Part shown: piece after piece, positions 38,101 through 47,935 of the stretch | Numbering within the stretch: position 1 is the first letter of the stretch | Layout: each line of letters opens with the position of its first letter | Assembly (NCBI GenBank): GCA_038150265.1 | Contig: JAYOTF010000022.1 | Coordinates: 1-57,408, forward strand | Origin: Deltaproteobacteria bacterium | Lineage (GTDB): Bacteria; SAR324; NAC60-12 | Direction of reading: 5' to 3' | DNA: 57,408 nucleotides | Notes under the pieces: generated by a model | What the model saw: the letters and a program-made list of their open reading frames with translations, nothing else | What the model was told of the DNA's origin: nothing | Database searches by the model: none | Translations under genes and position numbers: made by a program

Positions 38101-38805
38101 AAACCCAAAGAGGTGGAGCCGGGGACGCACCAGCGCTGCTTGCGGAGTGCGGGTTTGCTGGCGCCACTCTTCAAAAAACCGGGGCAGCGTTCCCAGCTGG
38201 CGTCCGGTGGCGTCGGGAGAGGCGGCATTGAAGCGGGCAACGAGTCCGGTCTCGCCAAACAGGCGGTTCCAGATTTCCTGCTGCCACGCCTCAAGCGGGC
38301 GGGCGGTTTCCGGAAGCTGGTACTGCTTCTTTTGCCAGAGCCGGAGCATGTCTTCGCGGTTGTATTCATACTGCTGCATCAGGTGCCCGAGCTTTTCGGC
38401 AAGCTGGAAGAGTCGCCGCTCCTGCACCCTCAGGGAGCTGGAGGCTTCTTGCTGCAGAAACTGCCGGACGGGTTCCCAGAGGGGAGCCGGATCGTGGGCG
38501 ATCTCCCGGAGCAGCGCAATGAGGAGGCGTTGCAGCTGAAGCGAGGTCAGGGGCTGCCGGAGCTTCGGCCCCTGGCTTTTCTGCAGGGCCTCCTGCAGGG
38601 TCTCCTGCAGCGCTTTTTCGAGCAGGACAAACCGGAGGTTTGCCGCAATGCCCAGGCGCTGGGCGAGTTGGAGCGAGAGCCACTTCTGGAGGCTGAAGTT
38701 CGGGACCGCAATCACCGGAGGCTCAAAGGGGTCGGATCGGTCCAGAAGCTGGGCGAGGGGGGAAACCAGTCGGTCGAGGCGGTTGGCGTAATGAAGCCGA
38801 GGCAT
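35131..38805 (-). CDS. recC: exodeoxyribonuclease V gamma subunit
   Basis: NRLDRL...DPF...WLSLQLA...GIAAN, FGFS, NPCMEFW, HPLLQAWG, REVE, MRPIPFRVV.ILG. Confidence 0.9.
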   Translation of the reverse strand: MPRLHYANRLDRLVSPLAQLLDRSDPFEPPVIAVPNFSLQKWLSLQLAQRLGIAANLRFVLLEKALQETLQEALQKSQGPKLRQPLTSLQLQRLLIALLREIAHDPAPLWEPVRQFLQQEASSSLRVQERRLFQLAEKLGHLMQQYEYNREDMLRLWQKKQYQLPETARPLEAWQQEIWNRLFGETGLVARFNAASPDATGRQLGTLPRFFEEWRQQTRTPQAALVRPRLHLFGFSYLSAFHQKVLTQQVEQVREVCIYTLNPCMEFWEDLEPYWKQRQQFKKRPDAFQYFNEAKRAQVAWNDLVPGELLQNESDHPLLQAWGYPGRENIRMLNRWGDWDFFAHFRDPLSDDDTPASVPVPEGVPERSVLQHLQHDLLVREPRRFGETQLKLAPDASVEVVGCPTIRREVEQVANRIWELVQTHSGSTPLRFNEIAVIAPDLRVYQWELEQVFRSLYRLPYHLVDGHHGASGALMEAARQLLHLGLGDVSRREVLNLLQSPCFLKTLKTPSGEEAVDPEAWIRWSEELGIYFGKDAADFQERGYAHLPEQRYHWQQGFQRLALGSYLETESDSVSWEEQEWVPGTVGDDEAAGAAQFQLIVQSLLADARFLAAHQDSAQGWSQLLHRFLSTYLQPADDYGQEEFQRLLETTQTFANLEVLPTEDAPLSYPLVLEFFMQQYERTRFQRGHYLAEGVTISPFQPMRPIPFRVVFILGLQEGAFPSKVQEDQLDLRDVPVPGTGDRTFRRRLIGDVSPMERDHYQFLETLISTSESLILSFLSQDEKGEPQRPSSLIELLLETLNTGYLAQPMAPRLLPVTPYDASYFPELQGSASPAAFPQYSLEAFRQARAQQLRKQLERHLPLPDRPELWAALRPHLPHVQQSEPADAPLTTERLTLTQLRQFLENPLVAQTKRALRLASDEEDLTDVEEEPFHLNALEETLLFRETMGQAFSVGVDWVQAYEMVFQRWERLGKLPPGILQEGLKKQHLEVLTNWEDQVKQLMPVGRSLVPRRLVMGPLSKWEVTEWKRAPEAWILGPPLHLQGVTLSGATGWWLCEGDQPRFSLQVVRRKVQASKAPDQKEWLQPFLELVALQAAGRLTHAFPRSAVLLSKEDLSEATLHLPDPDAGWAYLNTILTALQTERFDFLYAASEAQTLQDALGNPATFNRKFQQKMQQALSAEQGFRLPREPFRFLEDLAPPEDAHALTRQRLNLYFQHLAFPESS

Positions 38806-38811
38806 GGTCGA

Positions 38812-39162
38812 TCAGGAGGCGTCGAGTTGACGGAAGAAGCAAGTGGGGGCGCCGGTGTGGCAGGCTGGCCCCGTTTGCCGGACGCGGTAAATGAGGGTGT
38901 CGGCATCACAATCCACCCAGATGGCTTCCACCTTCTGGACGTGTCCGGAGGTTTCTCCCTTTTTCCAGAACGCCTGCCGGGAGCGCGACCAGTAGTGGCC
39001 CCAGCCGGTTTCGAGGGTGGTGCGCAGCGCGGCTTCGTTGACGTAGGCCAGCATGAGGACCTCGTTGGTCTCCACATCCTGGGCAATGACGGGCAACAGC
39101 CCGTCCTGTTTGGCAAAGTCGAGGTCGGCAAGCGAGACGGAGGTCAGGGGAGTATGCATCAC
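38812..39162 (-). CDS. hisI: phosphoribosyl-AMP cyclohydrolase
   Basis: GLLPVIAQD, WSRSR, KGETSG, DCDAD, ACHTG. Confidence 0.96.
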   Translation of the reverse strand: MMHTPLTSVSLADLDFAKQDGLLPVIAQDVETNEVLMLAYVNEAALRTTLETGWGHYWSRSRQAFWKKGETSGHVQKVEAIWVDCDADTLIYRVRQTGPACHTGAPTCFFRQLDAS

Positions 39163-41534
39163 TCTTGGGGAAGCAGGGTTTGTGTTTTTCCAGAGACCGC
39201 GTTGCGGCCGAACGTCATAGGAAGATACTGCACATCTCGGTGACGTTCAATCAGGTCATCATAGTGTGGGCTGAGGACGTTTCCGGATTGCCCGGTGGTG
39301 TGCATGAAGCGGCTGGCGTTCCAGTTGGAGAGGTCGAGGATCTGTCGGTAGCTGGGCCCCCAGTGCTGGGCGTACCGCTCTTGTGGCTTGTAGGAGGCCA
39401 CATTGACGGTGTTGCGGTCTCCGCCGTTGGCAATGCTGCGATGAAAGAACGGCTTGAGGTAGGGGACCTCGCTGAAGGGGGTGTGCGGGTACTGGGTCTG
39501 GTGCAGCTTCCCCCACTCCCACTGGGTCAGGTCCGGGCCCAGGCGGGTTTCCAGCTCAGCAAGCGCCTGGTGCAGCGCCTGCTGCAGGGCGTGGTCGCAG
39601 GTTTCCCGGGGGGTGGTCTTGCGGTTGTCGCACCAGAAGCGGCCCTGCTTCGGATCCGTGAGGAGGTTGGTGAGGAACACTTCATGGTTGCGACGCGACA
39701 GCTCCTCAAAGAGCTGGGGGCCGACTTCATCTTGCAGCAACACGGCCGGAAGCTGCTGGAGCCAGGCTTCAAACAGGCTGGCGGCCACGCTCTCCCGGGA
39801 GAGGTCACCGGACCAGTTCTTCAGCAGCTCCAGGGCCTGGCGGTCCCGATCGGAGGCGGCTGGTGTCTGGAGCAAGAGGGGGAGCAGTTGGGGAATCAGC
39901 GCGCTGTGCTGGTCTCCCTGAATGCGTGCCATGTCGTCTGCAGTCAGCTTCTGTCCCGCCTGGATGCGTTCCTGCAGCAGCTCCGTGATGCGGGCGGCTC
40001 GGTAGGGGGGCATCCAGTTATTGGAGAGGTGGTACGGGTAGAGGTCGGAGACCACCTTGTTGTTGGCCGTGACCACCCAACCGTCGGGAGGGTTGTAGGC
40101 CTGAGGCAGCTGGTCGAAGGGGATCCAGTCGGTCCACTCGTAGTCGGAGGACCATCCGGGAACCGGGGTCCAGCCGGTTCCCTGAGCGCGGATCGGAATG
40201 CGTCCGGGCGCAATGTAGCCGATGTTGCCCGTGCGGTCGGCATAGACGAAGTTTTGGCTGGGCGCGACATACTGCCGCAGGGCGTCTCGGAATTCGGTCC
40301 AGTTGTGGGCCCAGAGGATGTCGGTGAAGGCGTCAAGGGTCGTGTCTTCCGCGTCCAGCGCCGTCCAGCGCAGAGCAAGCGGCTCAGCGGTATCGGCAAC
40401 ATCGCTGATCAGCGGACCATGCCGTGTGGCGCGAGCAGCCCAGAGCAGGGGCTCGCTCCGGCCCTTCACCAAGATGGGCTCTTCGGTAACGGTCATGGTG
40501 CTCCAGGCGCCATTGACGAGGTACTGATTGGGCTGGTCGGGGTTGATGCGTTCGCGGTAGAGGTCCTGAACATCAGGGCCCATGTTGGTGACCCCCCACG
40601 CAATCTGGTCGTTGTGTCCAATCGGAACACCGGGGAGTCCGGGAAAGGTGGCCCCGGTGACATGCAGCGTCGGGCCCTGGAGTTCGGCCAGGTACCAGAT
40701 GGAGGGAATGCGGGTGCCCAGGTGGGGGTCATTGGCCAGCAGCGGCAGTCCGGAGGCGGTCCACTTGCCAGAGACGACCCAGTTGTTGCTTCCCACATCA
40801 ATGCCCCGGAGCCCGAGCTGATCCTGAAGGAAGCTATCGAGCGCCAGCAGGGCCTCGGCGTCAGAGGCGCTGAGGTGGGAGAGGATGCTGGGACCGTCTT
40901 TGGGGTACTGCGGAAGGAGCTCTCGGGTGCGCTGGGTTCCCAGCAGGGTCTCCAGCCGAGCCCGGAGGAGTTCCTGAGAGTAATCTCCCCCGAGGTCCCA
41001 TGCCATCAGCTTGGCCCAGACGAGGGAGTCGATGGGTGTCCAGGGCTCGGGCTGGAACCGCAGGAGCTGAAACTCAATGGGCAGCACCGGGGCCTGCTTC
41101 ATCCAGGCATTGATGCCTGCCACGTAGTGCTCAAAGAGGGTCCGGGTCCGGGGCTTGAGGTGCGTCCAGGCCTCTTGTGCGGCTCGGCGGACTCCGAGGG
41201 TCCGGAGGAACTGGTCGATCTTGAGGGTCTTCTCGCCCAGGACCTCGCTCAGGCGTCCGGCTCCAACGCGACGGTTCATCTCCATCTGCCACAGGCGGTC
41301 CTGAGCATGCACCCACCCGAGGGCGAAGAAGGCATCGTGGTCGCTTTGAGCAAAGATGTGGGGGATTCCAGCGGCGTCGCGGGTGATGTCCACCGGCCCG
41401 GAGAGGCCCTCAAGGGTGTAGGTTCCAGAGAGGCGGGGGAGGCTGAACCAGAGGTAACCGGCTCCTCCGAGTCCGGCCAGGATGAGGATGAGGATGCTGT
41501 ACAGAAACATCCGCTTCACAAAACGCTTCACCAT
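39159..41534 (-). CDS. penicillin acylase family (S45 Ntn hydrolase)
   Basis: GIPHIFA, HAQDRLWQM, GSNNW nucleophile, ANDPHL, QNFVYAD, GQSGN. Confidence 0.93.
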   Translation of the reverse strand: MVKRFVKRMFLYSILILILAGLGGAGYLWFSLPRLSGTYTLEGLSGPVDITRDAAGIPHIFAQSDHDAFFALGWVHAQDRLWQMEMNRRVGAGRLSEVLGEKTLKIDQFLRTLGVRRAAQEAWTHLKPRTRTLFEHYVAGINAWMKQAPVLPIEFQLLRFQPEPWTPIDSLVWAKLMAWDLGGDYSQELLRARLETLLGTQRTRELLPQYPKDGPSILSHLSASDAEALLALDSFLQDQLGLRGIDVGSNNWVVSGKWTASGLPLLANDPHLGTRIPSIWYLAELQGPTLHVTGATFPGLPGVPIGHNDQIAWGVTNMGPDVQDLYRERINPDQPNQYLVNGAWSTMTVTEEPILVKGRSEPLLWAARATRHGPLISDVADTAEPLALRWTALDAEDTTLDAFTDILWAHNWTEFRDALRQYVAPSQNFVYADRTGNIGYIAPGRIPIRAQGTGWTPVPGWSSDYEWTDWIPFDQLPQAYNPPDGWVVTANNKVVSDLYPYHLSNNWMPPYRAARITELLQERIQAGQKLTADDMARIQGDQHSALIPQLLPLLLQTPAASDRDRQALELLKNWSGDLSRESVAASLFEAWLQQLPAVLLQDEVGPQLFEELSRRNHEVFLTNLLTDPKQGRFWCDNRKTTPRETCDHALQQALHQALAELETRLGPDLTQWEWGKLHQTQYPHTPFSEVPYLKPFFHRSIANGGDRNTVNVASYKPQERYAQHWGPSYRQILDLSNWNASRFMHTTGQSGNVLSPHYDDLIERHRDVQYLPMTFGRNAVSGKTQTLLPQE

Positions 41535-41712
41535 GATTTCCCCCGTGCAAAATAAATCCGTCTCCCGCCCCCAATGGCCTGCGTCCGCCCTGTTTCAGAT
41601 CATGCCCAGCAGGATTTCGTGCATTGAAGGCTCGCACGATCTCCGATAAAGTAAAAGACTCATGCATCAATAATGCGCGAGCCTTCCGGTTTGCCTGATC
41701 CGAGAGAAAGCG

Positions 41713-42009
41713 ATGGATACCGTATATTCAATGAAGCTGGTAAGTGGCGATGAGCTTCTGGCTCGAATTGCCTCTGAGGACGACGAGTGGTTTGAGCTGG
41801 AGCAGCCCATGACCATTGCGATGACGCATCAGGGCATGGCGATTGTTCCCCTGCTGGCCCTGGCCAAGGAGCAGCCCCGCATCAAGATCCGGAAGAACAA
41901 CGTTCTGGCCTATGCTGAGGCCCACAGCGAGTTTGCCGGACGCTACCTGGAAGCGGTCACGGGCATCACGACGGTGCCTCCGACGGGCATTGAGCTGGCG
42001 TCACGCTGA
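41713..42009 (+). CDS. small Sm-like-fold protein resembling T4-like phage hypothetical proteins
   Basis: KLVSGDELLAR...P...Y...TGI pattern recalled from myovirus Sm-like proteins; not verified by search. Confidence 0.6.
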   Translation: MDTVYSMKLVSGDELLARIASEDDEWFELEQPMTIAMTHQGMAIVPLLALAKEQPRIKIRKNNVLAYAEAHSEFAGRYLEAVTGITTVPPTGIELASR

Positions 42010-42993
42010 GGACGTCCAGAACTCTGGAGCCAGCGGAGCGTGGCGCATCAGGCCCAGGGCTTCCACAGCCTGAGGCAACGAGGCCCACGGCACCCAAACC
42101 CGCTCCACTTGCGGGTGCGAGGCCACGGCCCACACCCACAGCATGCGGGCCGACGCGGTCCGCAGCCCCGGAGGCAGCCACGGCTTCAGGGCCCAGCGCA
42201 ACGGCTCCGTTTCCTCCCAAAGCCCTCCCTGCAGTTCCGCCCGCCGCGCCAGAAAAAAGACCCGCAGTTCCTGAAACAGGGCATCCTCGGCGTGCCGCAC
42301 CCGCCGGTCTTCATCCACCTGGGTTTCCCGCAGGTACTGGAGCAACTCCGGAATCAGGATTCCTGCCATGAAGTCTTCCCAGTCCGTCACCCGCTGACAC
42401 GAGTCGTGTCCGGCCTCCAGCAATTCAAAGTAACGTCGGCCCAGGTCGGTGGCCGTCCGGGCGTCACGCTCTCCGAGCAGGTACTGAAGCTGCGTGCGGT
42501 AGACGGCGCTGGGGGCCGCGGCCGTGGCAGGCTCTGCTTCGAGGTGATGAAGGCTCGGGTGCAGAAGCACTTCCGGATGCTCCGGATGCCACTGGGGGGA
42601 AAGGTCTTCCGGGAGGAGCCACTCGGCTTCCGAGAGGACAAACTCAAGGGGGGTGCCCAGCACCTGCTCGGCAAGGTAGCGGAAGGTGGGGGCCACGTGC
42701 GGGGCCTGCGGCAGACCGATCACGCCGAGCCGTGCCAGGCTGAGGTGCTGCTCCTGAAGCAACGGAATGGGCTCGGCAAGGGACAGTTCCGCGGGAGCCT
42801 CGAGGTGAATCAGCACCTGCTCCCCGCCAAGTGGAATCAGGTCTGGAAGCACATGCAGCAGGGAGCGGGCGTTGGGGAGCCCCACGTAGAGCCCAAGCCG
42901 AAAGGACGAGGCCTCCCGTTGCCAGAAGGGGTGGTAGCCGAGCCGCTGGGCCAACTTTTCGGAGGAGGCCGAAGCCGGGGCCAAGCGACTCAT
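42001..42993 (-). CDS. hypothetical protein, possibly a degenerate aldo/keto-reductase-like fold
   Basis: 330-aa ORF starting 12 bp after uxuB. C-terminus (WAVASHPQVERV) weakly recalls AKR C-termini. Confidence 0.55.
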   Translation of the reverse strand: MSRLAPASASSEKLAQRLGYHPFWQREASSFRLGLYVGLPNARSLLHVLPDLIPLGGEQVLIHLEAPAELSLAEPIPLLQEQHLSLARLGVIGLPQAPHVAPTFRYLAEQVLGTPLEFVLSEAEWLLPEDLSPQWHPEHPEVLLHPSLHHLEAEPATAAAPSAVYRTQLQYLLGERDARTATDLGRRYFELLEAGHDSCQRVTDWEDFMAGILIPELLQYLRETQVDEDRRVRHAEDALFQELRVFFLARRAELQGGLWEETEPLRWALKPWLPPGLRTASARMLWVWAVASHPQVERVWVPWASLPQAVEALGLMRHAPLAPEFWTSSA

Positions 42994-43005
42994 GAGGAAA
43001 CCTCG

Positions 43006-44451
43006 TTAGGGAAGAAAGTGCTGGGCAAAGGTGACCGTGAGGGCCTCGGCAAAGGCGGCATCCGCAGCGAGGTCAGGGCCAAAGACTTCTTGAACCTGCA
43101 CCAGCGCCCGGACGTAATCGGCAAGGTGTTCGGGGTGCAGAGAATCAGCTTGCCGGAACCCTGAGCTTTCCGCAAGGGCCTGGAACCGTTCGGCAAGGGG
43201 GTCCTGCACCGTGAAGGGCTGCTGCTGCCCATCGAGCCCCGTCACGTAGCGCATCCACGCGGCCACGGCTCGGGTGAGGCCCGGAGCCGGACGTCCGGCC
43301 GCCTTGAGGTCCCGGAGCGTGCCCAGCAGTCGCTGCGGCAGCTTCTGGGAGCCGTCCATGGCGATCTGGTAGAGCCGGTGCTTGAGCGACGGATTGGCGT
43401 AGCGCTCCAGCAGGGCATCGCGGTAGGCGGGCAGGTCCGTTCCGGGAGGCAGGTGGAGGGTGGGGATGATCTCCTCGTCCATCAGGCTCCGGAGCCTCTC
43501 CTCAAATCCGGGTGCCCGGATCGCGTCGGAGACGTGTTCCAGGCCGGCCAGAAAACCGGTGTAGGCGAGGGTGGAGTGGGTCCCGTTGAGCATCCGGAGC
43601 TTCATGTGCTCAAAGGGCCGGACGTCGTTCACCATCTCTGCTCCCACGGCCTCCCACTGGGGACGTCCGGCAACAAAGTGGTCTTCAATGACCCACTGCC
43701 GGAAGCGTTCTCCCACCACGGCCCCCGCGTCTGGGCCCCCCAGCAGCGCCGCAACCGTGTCTCGATCCGCCTCTGTCGTGGCCGGCACAATGCGGTCCAC
43801 CATGGTGCAGGGGAAGGAGACGGACTGCTCAATCCAGGTGGCCAGGTCCGGATCCCTCAGGCGAGCGAGCTCAAGCGTCAGGTTCCGGACGACCTGCCCA
43901 TTTTCCGGGAGGTTGTCGCAGCACAAAACGGTCACGCCGCCGGTGCCATGTTCGCGGCGGGTGGCCAGTCCTTCCACCAGGAACCCCAGGGCGCTCCGCG
44001 GCGAGCGTGGGTGCGCCAGGTCCTGCACAATGTCCGGATGCTGAGCATTGAGCCGTCCGGTAGCGGGGTCGTGGCAGTAGCCCTTTTCGGTGACGGTGAG
44101 GGAGATGATGCGGGTTCCGGAAGCAGACAGGCGCTCCAGCACCGCCTCCGGAGCCTCGGGGGCAAACAGCACTTCCTTGACCGCGCCAATGACCCGGATG
44201 AAGTCTCCGGAGCCGTCGCGCTCCAGCAGGGTGTAGAGCCCATCTTGCGGAGCCAGCTGATCCCGGATGTCCGGACGCCGCAGGCTGACGCCACAGATGC
44301 CCCAGTTGCCCCCGAAGCGTTCCAGCACTTCATCGGTGTAGAGGGCCTGATGGGCCCGGTGGAAGGCGCCGATGCCGAGGTGAACGATGCCGATGCCCGT
44401 GGCGTCTCGGTGGTAGCGCTGAGCAAAGTGTTGGTGCAGAGCAGTGGTCAT
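43006..44451 (-). CDS. uxuB: mannitol dehydrogenase family / D-mannonate oxidoreductase
   Basis: IVHLGIGAFHRAHQA, TVTEKGY, CDNL, MVDRIVP, KLRMLNG, MDGSQKLPQR; adjacent to uxaC. Confidence 0.88.
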   Translation of the reverse strand: MTTALHQHFAQRYHRDATGIGIVHLGIGAFHRAHQALYTDEVLERFGGNWGICGVSLRRPDIRDQLAPQDGLYTLLERDGSGDFIRVIGAVKEVLFAPEAPEAVLERLSASGTRIISLTVTEKGYCHDPATGRLNAQHPDIVQDLAHPRSPRSALGFLVEGLATRREHGTGGVTVLCCDNLPENGQVVRNLTLELARLRDPDLATWIEQSVSFPCTMVDRIVPATTEADRDTVAALLGGPDAGAVVGERFRQWVIEDHFVAGRPQWEAVGAEMVNDVRPFEHMKLRMLNGTHSTLAYTGFLAGLEHVSDAIRAPGFEERLRSLMDEEIIPTLHLPPGTDLPAYRDALLERYANPSLKHRLYQIAMDGSQKLPQRLLGTLRDLKAAGRPAPGLTRAVAAWMRYVTGLDGQQQPFTVQDPLAERFQALAESSGFRQADSLHPEHLADYVRALVQVQEVFGPDLAADAAFAEALTVTFAQHFLP

Positions 44452-44452
44452 G

Positions 44453-45862
44453 TCAGTCGAAGCGGTAGGCTTGTTTCACAAGGCGGTAGGCAAGGTCGAT
44501 GGCGACTTCTCGGGCTTCCTCTTCCGGCAGCCGGTGCTCGCACACGAGCTCTGCAAGGAAGCGGCAGTCGATGCGCCGTGCCATGTCGTGCCGGGCAGGA
44601 ATGGACAGGAAGGCCCGGGTGTCGTCATTGAAGCCGACGGTGTTGTAGAACCCAGCGGTTTCGGTGGTGTGCTTCCGGAAGCGGAGCATGCCTTCCGGGC
44701 TGTCATGAAACCACCAGGCGGGCCCCAGCTTGAGGATGGGGTAGTGTCCGGCGAGCGGCGCGAGTTCGCGGCTGTAACTGGTTTCATCAAGGGTAAAGAG
44801 GATGAGGCTCAGGCGGGGCTCATTGCCGAAGCGATTCAGGAGTGGCTGGAGCGCCTGCACGTAGTCGGTCGGCATGGGGATGTCAGCGCCCTTGTCGCGT
44901 CCGAACCGCTCATAAAGCGTCTGGTTGTGGTTCCGGAAGCACCCGGGGTGGAGCTGCATGACCAGGCCATCGTCGAGGCTCATCCGGGCCATCTCGGTGA
45001 GGAGCTGCCCGCGGAACATCTCGGCCTGCTTTCCGGAGAGCTGTCCGGCCAGAGCCTTCGAGAAGAGGCGCTCGCATTCGGCTCCGTCCAGGTTGGCGGT
45101 CACTGCGCTGGGGTGCCCATGATCGGTGGAGGTGGCGCCCAGGCGCTTGAAGAATTCCCGGCGCTGGGCAAGGGCGCTGAGGTAGCCCTTCCAGGTCCGG
45201 GTGTTCTCACCGGTCAGGGCTCCGAGGGTTTCAACATTTTCGGAGAAGCCTTCAAATTCCGGATCCACCACCGGGTCCGGACGAAACGCGGTGACCACGG
45301 TTCCGGTCCAGCCGGACTGCTGGAGGGCCTGATGATGCTTCAGCTCATCCAGAGGCGACTCCGTGGTGGCGAGGACCTCGAGGTTGAAGCGTTCAAAGAG
45401 GGCGCGGGGCCGGAAGGCATCGGTGGCCAGCAGCGCATTGACGTCGTCATAAATGGCATCGGCATTTTCAGGCGTGAAGGGCTGTTCGATGCCAAGGACT
45501 TCATGCAGGGCATGGTCGAACCACATCCGCGATGGGGTTCCCCGGAAGAGGTAAAAGTGGTCGGCAAAGGTCTGCCAGATCTTCCGGCGGTCTTGCTCCA
45601 CGAGGCGTCCGTCTCGGGCGGGAATGCCCAGGCTTTCCAGGCTCAGGCCCTGGCTGTAGAGCATGCGGAAGAGGTAGTGGTCTGGAATGAGGAAGAGGTC
45701 GGTTGCATTGCCGAAGGGCTCGTTGTTCGCAAACCACGAGGGGTCGGTGTGTCCGTGAGGGCTGATGATGGGGAGGTCCTTGACTTCTGCGTAAAGGCGC
45801 TGGGCAACCGCTCGCTGCGCAGGGTCGGGAGAGAACAGGCGGTCGGGGTGGTTGTAGGTCAT
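44453..45862 (-). CDS. uxaC: glucuronate isomerase
   Basis: LPIISPHGH, PDHY..RML, FRPD, DHGH, WWFHD, GFNDDTR..RH. Confidence 0.97.
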   Translation of the reverse strand: MTYNHPDRLFSPDPAQRAVAQRLYAEVKDLPIISPHGHTDPSWFANNEPFGNATDLFLIPDHYLFRMLYSQGLSLESLGIPARDGRLVEQDRRKIWQTFADHFYLFRGTPSRMWFDHALHEVLGIEQPFTPENADAIYDDVNALLATDAFRPRALFERFNLEVLATTESPLDELKHHQALQQSGWTGTVVTAFRPDPVVDPEFEGFSENVETLGALTGENTRTWKGYLSALAQRREFFKRLGATSTDHGHPSAVTANLDGAECERLFSKALAGQLSGKQAEMFRGQLLTEMARMSLDDGLVMQLHPGCFRNHNQTLYERFGRDKGADIPMPTDYVQALQPLLNRFGNEPRLSLILFTLDETSYSRELAPLAGHYPILKLGPAWWFHDSPEGMLRFRKHTTETAGFYNTVGFNDDTRAFLSIPARHDMARRIDCRFLAELVCEHRLPEEEAREVAIDLAYRLVKQAYRFD

Positions 45863-45871
45863 GAGCAATCC

Positions 45872-46921
45872 TTAAGTGGGAATACCAGCAAGCTGCAGCT
45901 CCTGAGCCCGGTGACACGAGACCCAGTGGTTGGGAGAAACTTCCTCAAGCGAGGGAACCTGTTGGCGGCACTGCTCCGTGGCAAAGGGGCAGCGCGGGTG
46001 AAAGTGGCACCCGGACGGGGGGTTGGCCGGGCTTGGGACGTCGCCTTCCAGCGGGGTCATCTGCGAGCGAACCCGCGGATCGGCAACTGGAACGGCGGAA
46101 AGCAGGGCGGCGGTGTAGGGGTGCCGTGGGTTCCGAAACAGCTCCTCGCTCGAAGCCGTCTCAACGATCTTCCCCACGTACATGACGGCCACCCGGTCGC
46201 TGATGTGCTTGACGACGCTCAGGTCGTGCGCCACAAAGAGGTAGGTCAGCTTGAGGCGGTCCTGCAGCTCCAGCATCAGGTTGAGGACCTGCGCCTGAAC
46301 CGACACATCCAGCGCAGAAACCGGCTCGTCGGCAACCACCAGCCGAGGGTGCAGCGCCAGCGCCCGGGCAATGACGATCCGCTGGCGCTGACCACCACTG
46401 AAGGCATGCGGGAAGCGCTGCATGTACTCCGGACGGAGCCCCACGAGCCGGAGCAACTCGGCGACCCGGTCGGTGCGCTCCTGACGGCTGGTGACGCCAT
46501 TGACCAGCATGGGCTCGCCAACGAGGTCAAAGAGGTTCATCCGCGGGTTCAGCGACGCAAACGGGTCCTGAAAGATCATCTGCATCTCGCGGCGCAGCGG
46601 ACGCACCGCCTCCGCAGGCAAACCTGCCACTTCGACCAACTCGCCGTCTTTCTTCCGGAACCAGACCTCGCCATCCGTCGGAGTGACCGCCCGGAGCAGG
46701 CACCGAGACGTGGTGGTCTTGCCACAGCCGCTTTCTCCAACGAGTCCCAGCGTTTCTCCCTCATTGAGGAAGAAGTTGACGTCATCCACCGATTTGACGT
46801 GGCCGACCGTCTTTTTGATGAACCCCTTGCGGATGGGGTAGTACTTCTTCAGGTGCCGGACCTCAAGGAGGCGTTCGGGACGCATGGTGAAGGAAGGAGC
46901 GGGCGACGAATCAGGATGCAT
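45872..46921 (-). CDS. oligopeptide/dipeptide-type ABC ATP-binding protein (OppF-like)
   Basis: [25 protein letters not shown]-terminal [17 protein letters not shown]. Confidence 0.95.
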   Translation of the reverse strand: MHPDSSPAPSFTMRPERLLEVRHLKKYYPIRKGFIKKTVGHVKSVDDVNFFLNEGETLGLVGESGCGKTTTSRCLLRAVTPTDGEVWFRKKDGELVEVAGLPAEAVRPLRREMQMIFQDPFASLNPRMNLFDLVGEPMLVNGVTSRQERTDRVAELLRLVGLRPEYMQRFPHAFSGGQRQRIVIARALALHPRLVVADEPVSALDVSVQAQVLNLMLELQDRLKLTYLFVAHDLSVVKHISDRVAVMYVGKIVETASSEELFRNPRHPYTAALLSAVPVADPRVRSQMTPLEGDVPSPANPPSGCHFHPRCPFATEQCRQQVPSLEEVSPNHWVSCHRAQELQLAGIPT

Positions 46922-47927
46922 CAACCTCCTTGTGGTGCAAAAAACAGCTGACGGTTTGCTCCGCCTGAACCGGTTTCAGGGCCGGGACCTGCTCGTTGCA
47001 GGTGCCGGGAAGGGCTTCGGTGCAGCGCTGAAAGAACGGGCAGCCCCGGGGACGGTTGAAGGGGTGTGGAATGGAGCCTTCAATGGTGGGAAGCGGCGTC
47101 CGGTTCGGAGTGTTCAGCGTTGGGATCGACTGCAGCAAGGCGCGGGTGTAGGGGTGCTGAGGATCATGAAAGATGGCCTCAACCGGTCCGGTTTCCATGA
47201 CGCGTCCGAGGTACATCACAACGACGTCATCAGCCAACTGGGCGATGACCCCCAGGTCATGGGTGATGAAGATGATGGCCGTGTTGTGCTGCTGCTGAAG
47301 CTTCCGGAGCAGCGTCAGCACCTGTGCCTGCGTGGTGACGTCAATGGCGGTGGTGGGCTCATCGGCAATCAGCAACGTGGGGTCACAGGTGAGGGCCATG
47401 CCGATCATGGCCCGTTGCCGGAGGCCCCCGCTGAGTTCCCACGAGTAACGGTCCATGGCACTTTCAGGGTGCGGGACCCCCACCTCTCGGAGGCGCTCAA
47501 TGACCTGCGCCTCGGCTTCTTGCCGAGAGAGCTTGCGGTGCAGCAGCAGGGCTTCGGTCAGCTGGTGTCCAATCGTGTGGACGGGGCTGAACGCGGCCAT
47601 GGGCTCCTGCGGAATGAGGGCAATCTCGTTTCCCCGGATAGACCGCATCTGTGCGCCCCTGGCGTTGAGCTGGGCGAGGTCGAGCGGGGCGTCCGCCTGC
47701 TTCGACTGAAAGAGGATCTCGCCGCTTTCCAGCCGCCCCGGAGGCTCAATGAGGCGGAGGATGGACTTGATGGTGGCACTCTTGCCGCAGCCACTTTCGC
47801 CGACAATGCCCAGCACACGTCCGGGCTGGACGTCGAAGCTGACGCCATCCACGGCCCTGACGGTGCCTTCATCGAGGTGGAACACGGTCCGGAGGTCCCG
47901 GACAGAAAGAAGAGGAGTGGGGCTCAT
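46911..47927 (-). CDS. oligopeptide/dipeptide-type ABC ATP-binding protein (OppD-like)
   Basis: [30 protein letters not shown]. Confidence 0.95.
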   Translation of the reverse strand: MSPTPLLSVRDLRTVFHLDEGTVRAVDGVSFDVQPGRVLGIVGESGCGKSATIKSILRLIEPPGRLESGEILFQSKQADAPLDLAQLNARGAQMRSIRGNEIALIPQEPMAAFSPVHTIGHQLTEALLLHRKLSRQEAEAQVIERLREVGVPHPESAMDRYSWELSGGLRQRAMIGMALTCDPTLLIADEPTTAIDVTTQAQVLTLLRKLQQQHNTAIIFITHDLGVIAQLADDVVVMYLGRVMETGPVEAIFHDPQHPYTRALLQSIPTLNTPNRTPLPTIEGSIPHPFNRPRGCPFFQRCTEALPGTCNEQVPALKPVQAEQTVSCFLHHKEVDAS

Positions 47928-47935
47928 GTCCGGAT

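Noticed and set aside
39165..41555. 796-aa + strand ORF (likewise 44444-46951, 20583-22544, 37402-39243, 3585-5123)
   Set aside because: Antisense shadows of well-supported genes; long stop-free antisense frames are expected at this GC and they carry no recognisable motifs.
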